A DNA stretch of 64,000 nucleotides from Flavobacteriales bacterium (GCA_016704485.1 JADJAA010000001.1:1554824-1618823); one strand, 5' to 3'. Counted from the stretch's first letter, positions 43,363 through 53,548 are shown. The notes: a model not told the origin generated them from the letters alone. Translations and numbers: made by a program.

Positions 43363-44091
43363 AAGTCACGAGAGGATGATCTGCTCACAATACCCAGTTA
43401 CAGGTATTCTGATATTACAGCTGGATATGTTTATAGTAGAAACCAAGTTGAAGCCGACGTTAAGCAGTGCAAATGGTACGCATGCGCATTCGGGCTTTAA
43501 TACCTCCCGCCCATTCCCATCCAAGAAACTTCTATCGATCCATTGTGCATTCATGTGGTACTTCTTGTTGGTGTTACACAAGTACTTCTTCCACCACGTC
43601 GCAGGATCATGTGCGGGTTCTTCTGTCAGCAGGCCAGGAACCCATGATCGGTGTGATCAACTTCTTTGCAAAGGCGAAATAAGCGCATTGTTGAATGCGC
43701 CTACTCCCGAAAAACCCTAGGGTACTACTCCCGAAAAATCATAGGGGTGGAGACCTATACTAACAGTGCGGATTGTCGCGGAAAATGTGTATTGCGTTCT
43801 GCGCGTTGCGATGAATTCGTTGTGCTTTTGTGCAGGATACGATCAGGTACATAGAGGGGAATATCCAAGTACAGCAATGGTTATCGGTGGTCGGTCGGTT
43901 ACGGCTTGGCGTTGTGCAGGAGGTTGCATGGTGCATTACGCGCTTTCGTTGGGTTGCATTTTGTCGGGAGATCCGTAACATAATTTCTGGAATAGCACTG
44001 CGTGTTTTTCGGGAGTACCCCCCTATGAAAAACACGCAGTGCCACCTCGAACGGGGCCGGTACTTTGGCCGCCAGAATAGAACCACATTCC

Positions 44092-44865
44092 ATGACCCAG
44101 TTCCGGTACGTCCCCAAGAAAGAATTCACGTGTATCTCGCGTGATTTTTCCCTTCATATTCAACGCGGTCCGGTTGCTTCTCCCCAACCGATCGTGGTGC
44201 CCCAGCTGCGCTTTTCGGTCGACGATGTCAGTAGAGCGCTGGATTCGTTGGCTACTTGCGCGGCTGGGCAAGGGAACCTGCGCGGCATCACCGTTCACTT
44301 CGGGTTGGATAGGAATGGCGCGCTGGATCTGGTATTGCAGTTCGTCTGCATGTACCCGGTAAACGGCACGGCCGATACCTACACCTATACGCCTACCGCT
44401 ACCTACTATGTTATTGTTGGTGGTCATTTGGTGCGTGCACCTGATGCCATAACGAATTGGTTGGCGGATAGCGGCGACCGGTATACGAAGGAGGTGGTGA
44501 AACGCCGCACGGACGGCCCAACGTGGGAGCCTTTCCGGTCGGGTGTGGATGTTACGAGCATCACGTTCCTCTACGAGGGTGAGTTGGATCTGTTGATCGC
44601 CGAGAACGGATTGACCGGGAGCGACCTGCTGGAACTGGTGCCTGCTGCGGAGCCGGCAACATGGAAAGAGGATGGTCACGGTGGCATTGAGGAGAAGGAC
44701 TTTTACCAGAGCCTCTGTTGGGTTGGTGTAGGGGTGGAATTGGATGATGTGGATCACACTGAGAAGTTCAAGAACAAGGGGGCGGATCTGGGTTCGCTCT
44801 GCCCGCCGAATTGTGCATTGCTTTATTTACCGGAAAGAGGGCAACCCCGCAGGCCTGGCTGTTGA
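44092..44865 (+). CDS. Hypothetical protein
   Basis: Track ORF 44065-44865 (TTG); the first ATG is at 44092 (MTQFRYVPKKE). Its composition is ordinary, unlike the Arg-rich antisense ORF 44023-44757. No family recognised. Confidence 0.55.
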   Translation: MTQFRYVPKKEFTCISRDFSLHIQRGPVASPQPIVVPQLRFSVDDVSRALDSLATCAAGQGNLRGITVHFGLDRNGALDLVLQFVCMYPVNGTADTYTYTPTATYYVIVGGHLVRAPDAITNWLADSGDRYTKEVVKRRTDGPTWEPFRSGVDVTSITFLYEGELDLLIAENGLTGSDLLELVPAAEPATWKEDGHGGIEEKDFYQSLCWVGVGVELDDVDHTEKFKNKGADLGSLCPPNCALLYLPERGQPRRPGC

Positions 44866-44886
44866 ACGCATGCGGTTCCTGCACAT

Positions 44887-45546
44887 GTGGTATACTTGGG
44901 CATGGGCGCAGCCGATATCAATAGGATACTCCTCTTAGTGAGCATGAGCATAGCGCTGGGTTTTTGGTTACGGATACCGGTACCTCGCCAACCGGCGTTC
45001 CGGGTGGTGGGTCTGCTGATCGGTGCCGGGCTGCTCATGGAACTAATGGGTGCTGCACTGGCATGGCGAAGCGTGAATAACACCGCGTTCTACAATGGTT
45101 ACGCATTGGTCGATTGCTTGATCGCGCTATGGATCTGCTACCTGATGGTGCCTGCACGGATCCTGGTGGTAGCGATCGGTGCAGCACTCGTGGTCAGTGC
45201 AATGGCATGGGATTTTATGGACCGGGACGCTGACCCGAACGTATTTCTTGGTCGCGGTATCGTGCTTAGCGCGGTAGTACTTACTCTGGTGCTTATGGCC
45301 GTGCTGTGGCAGTTGGCGCAGACCAGTGCTGTGCCGTTGCAGCTCGTGCCAGGGTTCTGGCTCTTCATGGGGCTATTGGTCTACTTCGGTTGCATGTCGC
45401 CGATCCTCACCATCATCGATCGCGTGTACGCGCAGGACCATGCGCTTGCCCAACGGCTCTACCAGATCATGCCGATGCTGTGTGTAACGCGTTATGCCAT
45501 CACTGCATTTGCCTGTAAATTGGAAAGCAGTACCGCACATGGATGA
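44887..45546 (+). CDS. Polytopic membrane protein (about 6 TM) preceding the histidine kinase
   Basis: Hydrophobic segments run throughout. Start is GTG 44887 or ATG 44902. 8-nt overlap with the kinase gene. Confidence 0.65.
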   Translation: MVYLGMGAADINRILLLVSMSIALGFWLRIPVPRQPAFRVVGLLIGAGLLMELMGAALAWRSVNNTAFYNGYALVDCLIALWICYLMVPARILVVAIGAALVVSAMAWDFMDRDADPNVFLGRGIVLSAVVLTLVLMAVLWQLAQTSAVPLQLVPGFWLFMGLLVYFGCMSPILTIIDRVYAQDHALAQRLYQIMPMLCVTRYAITAFACKLESSTAHG

Positions 45547-46321
45547 TCCTTCGCTCATATTCGCTATGCTGATCGGCACGTTGCTGCTGGTGATCATGAT
45601 CAGCATCACGGGACTCTTGCTTGTGGTGAATGCGAACAAGCGCCATAAGCACCGTGCTGAAATGGCCGAGGCGGACCTTCGGCGCAAGCAGGAAGTAGTA
45701 AGTGCGGATCGCGATTCGCGCGAACAGACTTTGAGCATCATCGGTCGCGAGCTGCATGACAGTGTGGGGCAGTTGCTCACCGCTGCGCGCATGGGCTTTT
45801 CCACCGTACCGGAATATACGGATGAGCCACGCATCATGGCCATGGGGGCCTTGAAGGAAGCCATTGACGAAGTGCGGTTGTTGGGGAGGACCTTGAACAA
45901 TGATAAGTGGAAGACCCGCACCTTGGCGATGGCGATCACCGATGAGGCCAACCGCATCATGCGCATCCGTACGGTGCACGTGGAGGTGGAGATAGAAGAT
46001 GATCCGTTGGATCCACCTACGGATACGAAGATCATTCTTTATCGCTCGTTCCAAGAGGCGCTGAACAATGCACTGAAACATGCGGATGCCCAACACATCC
46101 GTGTACGCATGAGCGGCGTTGTACAGCACACGCTATCCATTACGGATGATGGGTGCGGGTTCGATCCGCTCGCGGTAACGGAGGGCACCGGTTTGCTGAA
46201 TATCCGCAACCGCTGCGCACTGATCGGTTACGATGCTACCTTGGTGACCGCCATGGGCACTGGTTGCTCCTGGACATTTAGCCCTCTCCCCAATGGAAAC
46301 ATCCGTAGCGCTGATCGATGA
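45539..46321 (+). CDS. NarL/LuxR-class sensor histidine kinase (HisKA_3 + HATPase_c) with a single N-terminal TM
   Basis: ATG 45539 (MDDPSLIFAMLIGTLLLVIMISITGLLLVV). H-box GRELHDSVGQLLTAARM. ALNNALKHADA. ITDDGCGFD. GTGLLNIRNR. Confidence 0.85.
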   Translation: MDDPSLIFAMLIGTLLLVIMISITGLLLVVNANKRHKHRAEMAEADLRRKQEVVSADRDSREQTLSIIGRELHDSVGQLLTAARMGFSTVPEYTDEPRIMAMGALKEAIDEVRLLGRTLNNDKWKTRTLAMAITDEANRIMRIRTVHVEVEIEDDPLDPPTDTKIILYRSFQEALNNALKHADAQHIRVRMSGVVQHTLSITDDGCGFDPLAVTEGTGLLNIRNRCALIGYDATLVTAMGTGCSWTFSPLPNGNIRSADR

Positions 46322-46961
46322 CCACCACATGGTGCGCAAAGGCCTGGCCAGCATCGTGAACAGTATGGAAGGGTACCGGGTTACCATGGATTTCCCGAAC
46401 GGCAAGGAATTCGTGGACGCGTTGAATGTTACCAACTTGCCGCAGATCGCGATCGTGGACCTGAGCATGCCCGTCATGAACGGGTTCGAGACCATGGATT
46501 GGCTCCGGAAAAATGCGCCTTCGGTGCGTGCGTTGGCCTTGACCTTCGATGCGGCGGAAGATGCCATGGTGCGTGCGATACGCTCCGGTGCACGCGGGTT
46601 CCTATTGAAGGAAGCGCCGCCATCGGAACTAAAGCTCGCACTGGATAGTTTGATGTTGACGGGCTACTACCACACCGAGGATGTGCTGCAGGGCATGATG
46701 AATTCCAATGAAGAGAAGACCGTGTACGAACGCCAAAGCGAAGAACTGGGTGGACTACTGACGGCACGCGAAATGGAGTTCCTGCTATTGGTATGTGCAG
46801 CGGAAGAACATACCTACGAACACGTGGCGGAATTAATGGGCATCCAAGGCCGCACCGTGGATTACTACCGCAAAAGCCTCTTCGAGAAACTCAACGTAAA
46901 GAGTAAGGTGGGCATGGTGCTCTTCGCCGCGCGGCACGGGCTTTTGCCGTTGGACGCGTGA
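46293..46961 (+). CDS. LuxR/NarL-family response regulator
   Basis: REC: VALIDDHHMVRKGL...IVDLSMPVMNG. C-terminal HTH: LTAREMEFLLLVCAAEEHTYEHVAELMGIQGRTVDYYRKSLFEKL. Confidence 0.9.
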   Translation: METSVALIDDHHMVRKGLASIVNSMEGYRVTMDFPNGKEFVDALNVTNLPQIAIVDLSMPVMNGFETMDWLRKNAPSVRALALTFDAAEDAMVRAIRSGARGFLLKEAPPSELKLALDSLMLTGYYHTEDVLQGMMNSNEEKTVYERQSEELGGLLTAREMEFLLLVCAAEEHTYEHVAELMGIQGRTVDYYRKSLFEKLNVKSKVGMVLFAARHGLLPLDA

Positions 46962-47054
46962 ATGGAGTTAGTGTTTCTGACTGCTGTTCACGTGTGAAGA
47001 GCAATTGGATAGCGATGCGGCTCGATGTTTATATTTACATATCCCTTTCGAACA

Positions 47055-47822
47055 ATGAAGACCTCCAGCATCCTTATTCTCTGTACATTCCTACTCAGCA
47101 CCTCCTGTCGGAAGGATATCGCGATCGAAGATGATCCGGGGATCGATCCATCGCCGATGACAAGTATTGCCAACATCGGTGATACGATCGAATTCGGGCT
47201 GGTGGACAATATGCTGATCGATAGCGATTCGATCGTGCTTCAGCCTGGCATAAACCAGTCGCTTACGCATAACATGGATGTGGATGCGGATGGGGTCACG
47301 GACTTTCAGATCTTTATGCAAACCTCTGTTTCCTTGGGTGCCGGTTTCCAGGCTTATTCGTTTATGCGGAGCGTGCATCCGAATGCCACAGTGCGCGGTC
47401 TGCTGCGGCCCGATACGACGTTCGTTCATGATGATACGGTAAGTGTCGATAACATCATCCACCGGGTCTACTCGTGCAGACGGGTGGGACCATTGGATCC
47501 GATCAGTTCCATCGTGCCGGACGTTACGAAGATCCTTCCGTTCCAAAGTGGTGACGAGCTCACCGTAATGGATGCGTTCTACGCGGATACGATCGCTTTG
47601 CGTCGCACGAACTATTCATCGCCCGTTCCGAACTATGAACCACCTTACCAAATACAGACTACAGGCGATAGTGATTGCTTCCTGCTTCCACTTGGCGAGG
47701 TGGTGTACATCGGCTTCGCGATGATGGATGGAAGCGGCAGTGAACGCTTGGGCTGGTGGAAGCTGAACCATGTTACCGCTTCCAGGATCGTGATCTACGA
47801 ACAGGCGATACAAGCGCCGTAG
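47055..47822 (+). CDS. Lipoprotein of unknown function, paralog A
   Basis: MKTSSILILCTFLLSTSC lipobox. About 70% identical by eye to paralog B, including the shared C-terminus SERLGWWKLNHVTASRIVIYEQAIQ. Confidence 0.75.
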   Translation: MKTSSILILCTFLLSTSCRKDIAIEDDPGIDPSPMTSIANIGDTIEFGLVDNMLIDSDSIVLQPGINQSLTHNMDVDADGVTDFQIFMQTSVSLGAGFQAYSFMRSVHPNATVRGLLRPDTTFVHDDTVSVDNIIHRVYSCRRVGPLDPISSIVPDVTKILPFQSGDELTVMDAFYADTIALRRTNYSSPVPNYEPPYQIQTTGDSDCFLLPLGEVVYIGFAMMDGSGSERLGWWKLNHVTASRIVIYEQAIQAP

Positions 47823-48013
47823 GGTAGTGTGAACACGATCGTGTGTGCGTACATCGAAACGTTGGGTATCAGCGGCACCGATGAATATGTCGCAGGGTCC
47901 TGAAGGGGAGAGCCGACGAAGGTTTGGTGCGACGGCGAAGGTTGAATTGATCGTGTAGTTCAACAACGCATTCACAATGCATCAGTGCATACATTTACAT
48001 ATTCTCCCATGCC

Positions 48014-48778
48014 ATGAAGAACTCCAGCATTCTAATTTTCTGTGCGATCATTCTCAGCACTTCATGCCGAAAGGAACATGGAATTGAGGATCCTGCGGGT
48101 AGCGGTCCCTCGCCGGTGCAGACAACGATCAACGTGGGTGATACGATCACCTTCGGGTTGGTGGACAATATGCTGATCAACGGAGATTCCGTCGTTCTGG
48201 AACCGATGATCAACCAATCGGTCACGCATGACATGGACGTGGATGCGGATGGGATCACGGACTTTCAGATCTTTCTGCAAACGAACTTTTCCATGGGTGG
48301 CGGTTTCCAGGCCTATTCCGTCCTGACGAGCCAACATGCGAATGCTACCCTGCGCAGTTTTCAACGTTCTGATACGTCATTCGTTCATGACGATACGGTC
48401 AGTGTATCCATGATCCACCGTGTCTATTCCTGTCGGCGCTTGGCACTGGTTGATCAGATCAGCTCCATAGTACCGAACGTTACGAAGATCCTGTGGTTCC
48501 ACACTGACTACATGCTCACCAGTGAGGATGCATTCTACGCGGATGCAATACAATTAAGGCGCACCAATTCAGGAGTATCAACTCCGAACTATGAACCTCC
48601 TTATCAGATCGTGTCGGAAACAATTAATGATTGCTTCCTGTTACCACTTGGTGAGGTGCTGTATATAGGCTTCGCGATGGTGGATGGTAACGGCAGTGAG
48701 CGCTTGGGCTGGTGGAAGCTGAACCATGTGACTGCTTCCAGGATCGTCATCTACGAACAGGCGATACAAGTACCTTAG
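48014..48778 (+). CDS. Lipoprotein of unknown function, paralog B
   Basis: MKNSSILIFCAIILSTSC lipobox; tandem duplicate of 47055-47822. Confidence 0.75.
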   Translation: MKNSSILIFCAIILSTSCRKEHGIEDPAGSGPSPVQTTINVGDTITFGLVDNMLINGDSVVLEPMINQSVTHDMDVDADGITDFQIFLQTNFSMGGGFQAYSVLTSQHANATLRSFQRSDTSFVHDDTVSVSMIHRVYSCRRLALVDQISSIVPNVTKILWFHTDYMLTSEDAFYADAIQLRRTNSGVSTPNYEPPYQIVSETINDCFLLPLGEVLYIGFAMVDGNGSERLGWWKLNHVTASRIVIYEQAIQVP

Positions 48779-49019
48779 ATAGGGAGTTGGAGGTCAGTTC
48801 GCGTGCGACCTCAAACCGCTGCTTCAAGCTTTTGCTGGGTATCTCAAAGAGGACCCCGCAGTTGCTGTTCATTGCGCCAATGAGAAACTGGGTCGCTGCC
48901 GGAAGGAAGAAGCCCAGGCAAAGGTTTGATGAGTCGCAGGGTCCTGAAGCGGAGACCAGGCGAAGGTATGAGATCCGGTGAAGGTTTGATGCGAACGTGA
49001 CGATCCAGCGATAGCAGAT

Positions 49020-49253
49020 TCACCCCTTTTTCGGTGGGAAGGGCTTGATCCGCTCCGATATGTATTCGGAGGTCTCTTCCAAGTTGCCGGGTTGTTCGCC
49101 GGTGCCGGAATCCACTCGTCCTAATTCCACTTCATCGTCATCCATTTTCATGCTCGCCATGTAGTAGCCGCCGGGCCCTTTTACGTGGTGGAATCCTGGT
49201 ACACCTTCCGCAGCAACGTTCGGATTAACGGGTGTGTGCTTCTGCTTTTTCAT
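49020..49253 (-). CDS. Small hypothetical protein (77 aa)
   Basis: ATG at 49253 and ordinary composition (MKKQKHTPVNPNVAAEGVPGFHHVKGPGGYYMASMKMDDDE...). No family recognised. Confidence 0.45.
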   Translation of the reverse strand: MKKQKHTPVNPNVAAEGVPGFHHVKGPGGYYMASMKMDDDEVELGRVDSGTGEQPGNLEETSEYISERIKPFPPKKG

Positions 49254-49437
49254 GGTGATGGTGGTTGGTATTATTTACACGGCATATTCAAAGGTACTAC
49301 TCGCGTGCCATGTTCTTGTGCATAGCTACTGCAAGATCTGTTCCTTTCATTGATTGATCGCTTCTTGACGATCCATTCCTGTTTTAGTTTTTATTTTGTT
49401 CGTTGTGTTTCGCGGGATCATGATGGTGTTGAATGAG

Positions 49438-49469
49438 AATAGGCGGTCTGCTCCCGCAGACCGCCTATT
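49438..49469. terminator. Perfect 13-bp hairpin, probable terminator between the two small minus-strand genes
   Basis: AATAGGCGGTCTG-CTCCCG-CAGACCGCCTATT. Confidence 0.55.
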
Positions 49470-49525
49470 CCTATTTCTTGCTACTTGCTTTGTAGCAAGT
49501 TCATGTACTGAGGTGATCGGCACGA

Positions 49526-49753
49526 TCAGTGCGCCTGTTTTTCTTTGTTGAATGCAGACCGCATATCTTCTACGATATCGCGCACTTGATCTTTGGTCTT
49601 GCCCAACTTCTGCTGCATCTTACCATATAGCTCATCCTCTTTTCCTTCAGCGTAGGTCAGATCATCATCGGTCAACTCGCCGTACTTCTGCTTTAGTTTA
49701 CCTTTCAGTTCGTTCCAGTTGCCTTTCAACTTGTCTTCGGTTGGTGTGCTCAT
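49526..49753 (-). CDS. CsbD-family general stress protein
   Basis: [50 protein letters not shown] is the canonical CsbD pattern. Confidence 0.85.
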   Translation of the reverse strand: MSTPTEDKLKGNWNELKGKLKQKYGELTDDDLTYAEGKEDELYGKMQQKLGKTKDQVRDIVEDMRSAFNKEKQAH

Positions 49754-50082
49754 CTTTATTGGGGTTTTAGTTAATGATTCGTGTTAACACTTTAATGGGT
49801 GCACGTGCCATGCCATGGAGTTCGTAAGGGTGGTCATGCCCACTGTACGCGGGGCTTACGAGGCATTCGGCACCTTGCTCTGGCGTTCCTGAATTGTGGA
49901 ACCAAGCCACACGTTGGGGTGTAGGTTCCACATGATGCGTTCATTCCGGCACGGACCTCGTGATCTTCTTGTTCGTGCTACACGCTTACGTAGATAGGGT
50001 GTGTATGCCGCCGACGCCTATTCGTAAAGGATCGGTACGCGAATGGTAATGAACCCAGCGAACCCTTAAAAACACCAACCAA

Positions 50083-50574
50083 ATGAAAATGTTGAAGAGC
50101 AATTTGATAATGGCCTCGCTAGTAGCCGGGTCTTTTCTTGTAGTGAGCTGCAACAACACGCCAGCAGAGCAGCGCGACGAGATGAATGATAAAGTGGAAA
50201 AGATCGAGGACAAAGCGATCGACGCGACGACCGCACGGGATTGGCAAGCCGAACGCACGGAGATCATGAACGACCTACGCGACCTGCGCACGAAGGTTGA
50301 CAACAAGCTCGCGGAGGTGAATGAGGACCTTGCGAATACGGATATCAAGCCAAGTGTGAAAGCGGACAAGGAGGCAATGAAAGCTGAATTGACCAAGGAG
50401 CTGAACATGTTGGACGAGAAGATCGGTAACGTTGAGAATGCGACCGCCGATGCTTGGGATATGACCAAGTCCGATGCCGAGAACACCTCGAAAGAAGTGA
50501 AGTCCTGGTGGGAGACCCAAAAGGAAAAGGTGGATGCGGAGACCGATGCCGACCATGACAAGGACGGACATTAA
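50083..50574 (+). CDS. Helical lipoprotein of unknown function
   Basis: MKMLKSNLIMASLVAGSFLVVSC lipobox, followed by a charged coiled-coil-like sequence. Confidence 0.65.
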   Translation: MKMLKSNLIMASLVAGSFLVVSCNNTPAEQRDEMNDKVEKIEDKAIDATTARDWQAERTEIMNDLRDLRTKVDNKLAEVNEDLANTDIKPSVKADKEAMKAELTKELNMLDEKIGNVENATADAWDMTKSDAENTSKEVKSWWETQKEKVDAETDADHDKDGH

Positions 50575-50638
50575 TTCGAATATGATGTTGAGGTGAAAGT
50601 TGACATCATCACTCCCGTTGAACGTTCGGGAGAAGATC

Positions 50639-52444
50639 AGAAGGGGCTGTCTCGAAAGGGATGGCCCCTTCTTGTTTTGATGGGGATTGGATGTGGTGCT
50701 GATTCAGAGACCTACCAGATCGGGATTATTTGCGGCCTTGCCCGTGTAAAGGACAGGACCGAACCCAAGGCACTTTTTAGACGTTCCTCAGCCCTTTTTT
50801 GAAGGATCCTGACCAACTTCTTCAGGTTGATCGCAGTTGCAAGTAGTCCGGTTTCCAAGGCGACTTTATCGAGTCCCCTTAGCATGAACCGGGTGAAGCC
50901 TTTGTTCTGCTTGAGGTTACCGAAGGCCGATTCCACTTCCACCGGTCTAGCGCTTCGGTGCATTAGACCTTCTTCGCTGGTGAGCTTTTCTCGGGCTTGG
51001 GCTTTAAGTTCGTTAAGCCGATGGTTCACTTCGATGATCCGGTTACCCTTGGCCTTGTGGCAAACACCATTCATGGGGCATGTGGCGCAGTTGCTTGCTT
51101 GGTAGCGCGATACGGTTTGCACATACCCGGCCTTTGTTGTTGAGCGCTGGTCACCGATATGCCGCATGGGCTGGCCTATGGGGCAGGTATACTCGTTCCT
51201 TGCAGCGTTGTAGTGGAGTCTGTTTTGTACAAAGGGGTGTTTTTCCCAGTAGCTCTTTTGTTGTTCACGGTGGAAGTAGTTGTACTTCACAAAAGCCTCC
51301 ACGCCCTCGCCTTCCAAGTATTCGTAATTCTGCTCCGAGCCATAGCTCCGCCATGCGGCGGACCACAGCCGCTTGGGGCAGTTTGCCCAACTGGGCTTGT
51401 AGTTCCTTGTAGTGGGGATCAGTGTCTTGGTGTCGGTGGTGTCCTGATGTAGGCTGTAGTGTATGATGAACTGGTTCTGGGTGCTCCATTGCACGTTGTA
51501 GCCGGCCTTGAGTTGTCCGTTGCCCATGTGGTCGTCCTTCATGCGCATGAAGGTGGCTCCGCGATCGGTCTTCGAGTAGCTACCGCGCTCGCCCAAGATG
51601 GACTCTTGCATCTTGTACTTGCGCACGTTGTCCGGCCAGTTCCTCTTGGCGTAAGAGAGCTTTTGCTTGGTCTTCGGATCGATCTTCTTGTCCTTGAGCG
51701 CGGCGTTGATCGCATCAATGGTCTGGGCCACTTTCTTCGGGTCGAGTTCTTCCATCTCACCGGGGTCATCGCCCTGTAGTTCTTCAGCGGCTACTCCTTG
51801 GGTGTAGTTCCAGAGCTCCTCCAACTGGGCTTTCATTTTCTTCTTGTTGGTGGCAATGCTCTTGGCCCAAACGAAGGTGTACTTATTGGCATTGGCCTCG
51901 ATCTTGGTGCCATCGGTGTACACTGCTTTGAGATCCACATGACCCGCTTCCATCAACAACAGAACCACTTGGCTGAACACTTCTTTGATGTGGTTCTTGA
52001 GCCGCTGGGCACGGAACCGATTGACCGTGTGGTGATCCGGACGCTTCATCCCGGCAAGCCACATGAAATGGATGTTCTCCTGGATCGCTGCCTCGATCTT
52101 ACGCGAGGAGTAGATGTTGTTCAGGTAAGCATAGACCAATACCTTGAGCAACATACGCGGGTGGTAACTAGAGGTGCCGCCACCCTTGTACGTGTCGGCC
52201 AGCGAACCGATGTCGATCTGGTCGATAACCGAACCAACTACACGTACGGCATGTGTCTTTGAGATGAGTTCTTCCAACGATGGTGGCAAGAGCATCGCTT
52301 GACTCGGGTCGTAGTCCTTGAACACGACTTTTCTTTGTGAAGCCATGCCCGAAGGTCGATCACCCAAAACGAGTTGTCAAGATCAACTTCCAACGGCTTT
52401 TCAACAAAATGAAAAGGGCTGCCTCTTTTGAGACAGCCCCTTCT
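50639..52444. mobile_element. IS1182-family insertion sequence (about 1.8 kb)
   Basis: A 15-bp perfect terminal inverted repeat, AGAAGGGGCTGTCTC, occurs at 50639-50653 and as the reverse complement of 52430-52444. Similarity continues inward. A single transposase ORF lies inside. Confidence 0.65.
50712..52346 (-). CDS. IS1182-family (IS5-like DDE) transposase
   Basis: ATG 52346 (MASQRKVVFKDYDPSQAMLLPPSLEELI...). YHPRMLLKVLVYAYLNNIYSSRKIEAA. C-terminal Cys-rich region and FGNLKQNKGFTRFMLRGL, typical of this family. Confidence 0.85.
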   Translation of the reverse strand: MASQRKVVFKDYDPSQAMLLPPSLEELISKTHAVRVVGSVIDQIDIGSLADTYKGGGTSSYHPRMLLKVLVYAYLNNIYSSRKIEAAIQENIHFMWLAGMKRPDHHTVNRFRAQRLKNHIKEVFSQVVLLLMEAGHVDLKAVYTDGTKIEANANKYTFVWAKSIATNKKKMKAQLEELWNYTQGVAAEELQGDDPGEMEELDPKKVAQTIDAINAALKDKKIDPKTKQKLSYAKRNWPDNVRKYKMQESILGERGSYSKTDRGATFMRMKDDHMGNGQLKAGYNVQWSTQNQFIIHYSLHQDTTDTKTLIPTTRNYKPSWANCPKRLWSAAWRSYGSEQNYEYLEGEGVEAFVKYNYFHREQQKSYWEKHPFVQNRLHYNAARNEYTCPIGQPMRHIGDQRSTTKAGYVQTVSRYQASNCATCPMNGVCHKAKGNRIIEVNHRLNELKAQAREKLTSEEGLMHRSARPVEVESAFGNLKQNKGFTRFMLRGLDKVALETGLLATAINLKKLVRILQKRAEERLKSALGSVLSFTRARPQIIPIW

Positions 52445-52754
52445 TTTTGGTTGAAGGTGTTGCCGGTGTTGCGCATGATCGGGGAATTCTCGCACAGGGT
52501 ATTTTTAAGGAAGTGCCTATGCATGCGGCTTCCACCCTTCGGCATGAACTATGTTCCAGTATAGGCATCATGGAAAAGCCATCAATGAAACCCCAAGAAC
52601 GTGGTGATCGAACGGTTCCGAAGAAAGAGCACACGCCACCAATTAAACCCAGAAAGCAGCCGCGCGCACCACGACCGGACCGCGGCGTTGCACCCGGAAT
52701 TACAGGGTGACGTGAACACGATCAACATACACGAACAGTTAAAGAACACATACA

Positions 52755-53318
52755 ATGAACAACGAATTGAAAGGAAAGAAAGTAGCCATACTGGCAACGA
52801 ACGGATTTGAGGACAGTGAACTACGCAGCCCAAAGGAAGCATTGGAAAAAGCCGGTGCAACCACCCACATCGTATCACTGGAAAGTGGTTCCATCAAAGG
52901 ATGGAAAGATGGTGATTGGCACGGGTCGATCGAAGTGGATACGACCGTGAAAGAGACGACGAGCGATGCGTACGATGCCCTGGTTCTTCCCGGCGGAGTG
53001 ATAAACCCGGACCTATTGCGCGCCAACGCCGATGCCGTGAACTTCGTGAAGGCATTCTTCAAACAGAAAAAGCCCGTGGCCGCAATTTGTCATGGTCCGT
53101 GGATGCTTGCAGAAGCAGGCGTACTGGAAGGTAGAGGCATAACCAGTTACAAGAGCATAAAAACCGATATGGTAAATGCCGGCGCGATCTGGGTGGATGA
53201 TGAAGTAGTGGTGGATGAAGGTCTTGTGACCAGCCGCTCGCCCAAGGATCTCCCTGCATTCAATGCCAGATTGGTAGAAGAAGTTGCAGAAGGCAAGCAC
53301 GCGAAACAAACGGCGTAG
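52755..53318 (+). CDS. DJ-1/PfpI-family protein (YhbO/PfpI-type)
   Basis: KKVAILATNGFEDSEL...YDALVLPGG...PVAAICHGPWML, with the nucleophile-elbow Cys. Confidence 0.85.
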   Translation: MNNELKGKKVAILATNGFEDSELRSPKEALEKAGATTHIVSLESGSIKGWKDGDWHGSIEVDTTVKETTSDAYDALVLPGGVINPDLLRANADAVNFVKAFFKQKKPVAAICHGPWMLAEAGVLEGRGITSYKSIKTDMVNAGAIWVDDEVVVDEGLVTSRSPKDLPAFNARLVEEVAEGKHAKQTA

Positions 53319-53338
53319 TGCTGGGATATTAAAAAGAT

Positions 53339-53373
53339 AAAGGCGCCATTCGGATCCGGGTGGCGCCTTTTTG
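53339..53373 (+). terminator. Rho-independent terminator after the DJ-1/PfpI gene
   Basis: AGGCGCCA-ttcggatccggg-TGGCGCCT followed by TTTTG. Confidence 0.7.
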
Positions 53374-53548
53374 TGATCTCGTAATGGAGTGATTTCCGCG
53401 TAAATCGTATGGCTAACACTGTTCTAGTTGAGCGCGTGTTGAAAACGGGTAAAGCAAGAAGCACAATGGGGAACATTTGCCGCGTTGATAGAGCATCCGA
53501 ACAGGGCATACTAAGAAATATGCGGGGCATAGCATTTGCTTGAGTACC

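Noticed and set aside
44023-44757. 244-aa minus-strand ORF overlapping the 44092-44865 plus-strand ORF.
   Set aside because: It has an Arg/Gln/His-rich low-complexity translation with no signal or domain features. The plus-strand frame has ordinary composition and sits in the same orientation as the downstream membrane protein/HK/RR genes.
45373-46129. Minus-strand ORFs 45373-46035 and 45500-46129.
   Set aside because: They are antisense to the well-supported histidine kinase gene (H-box, N-box and G-box all present on the plus strand).
49986-50571. Minus-strand ORFs 49986-50561 (191 aa) and 50275-50571.
   Set aside because: They are antisense to the lipoprotein gene 50083-50574, which has a lipobox. 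The translation is Ser/Phe-rich low complexity.
52447-52710. 87-aa ORF just right of the IS element.
   Set aside because: It starts inside or at the IS terminal repeat region. It has a highly basic, Pro-rich composition and no support beyond being open, so I left it unannotated.
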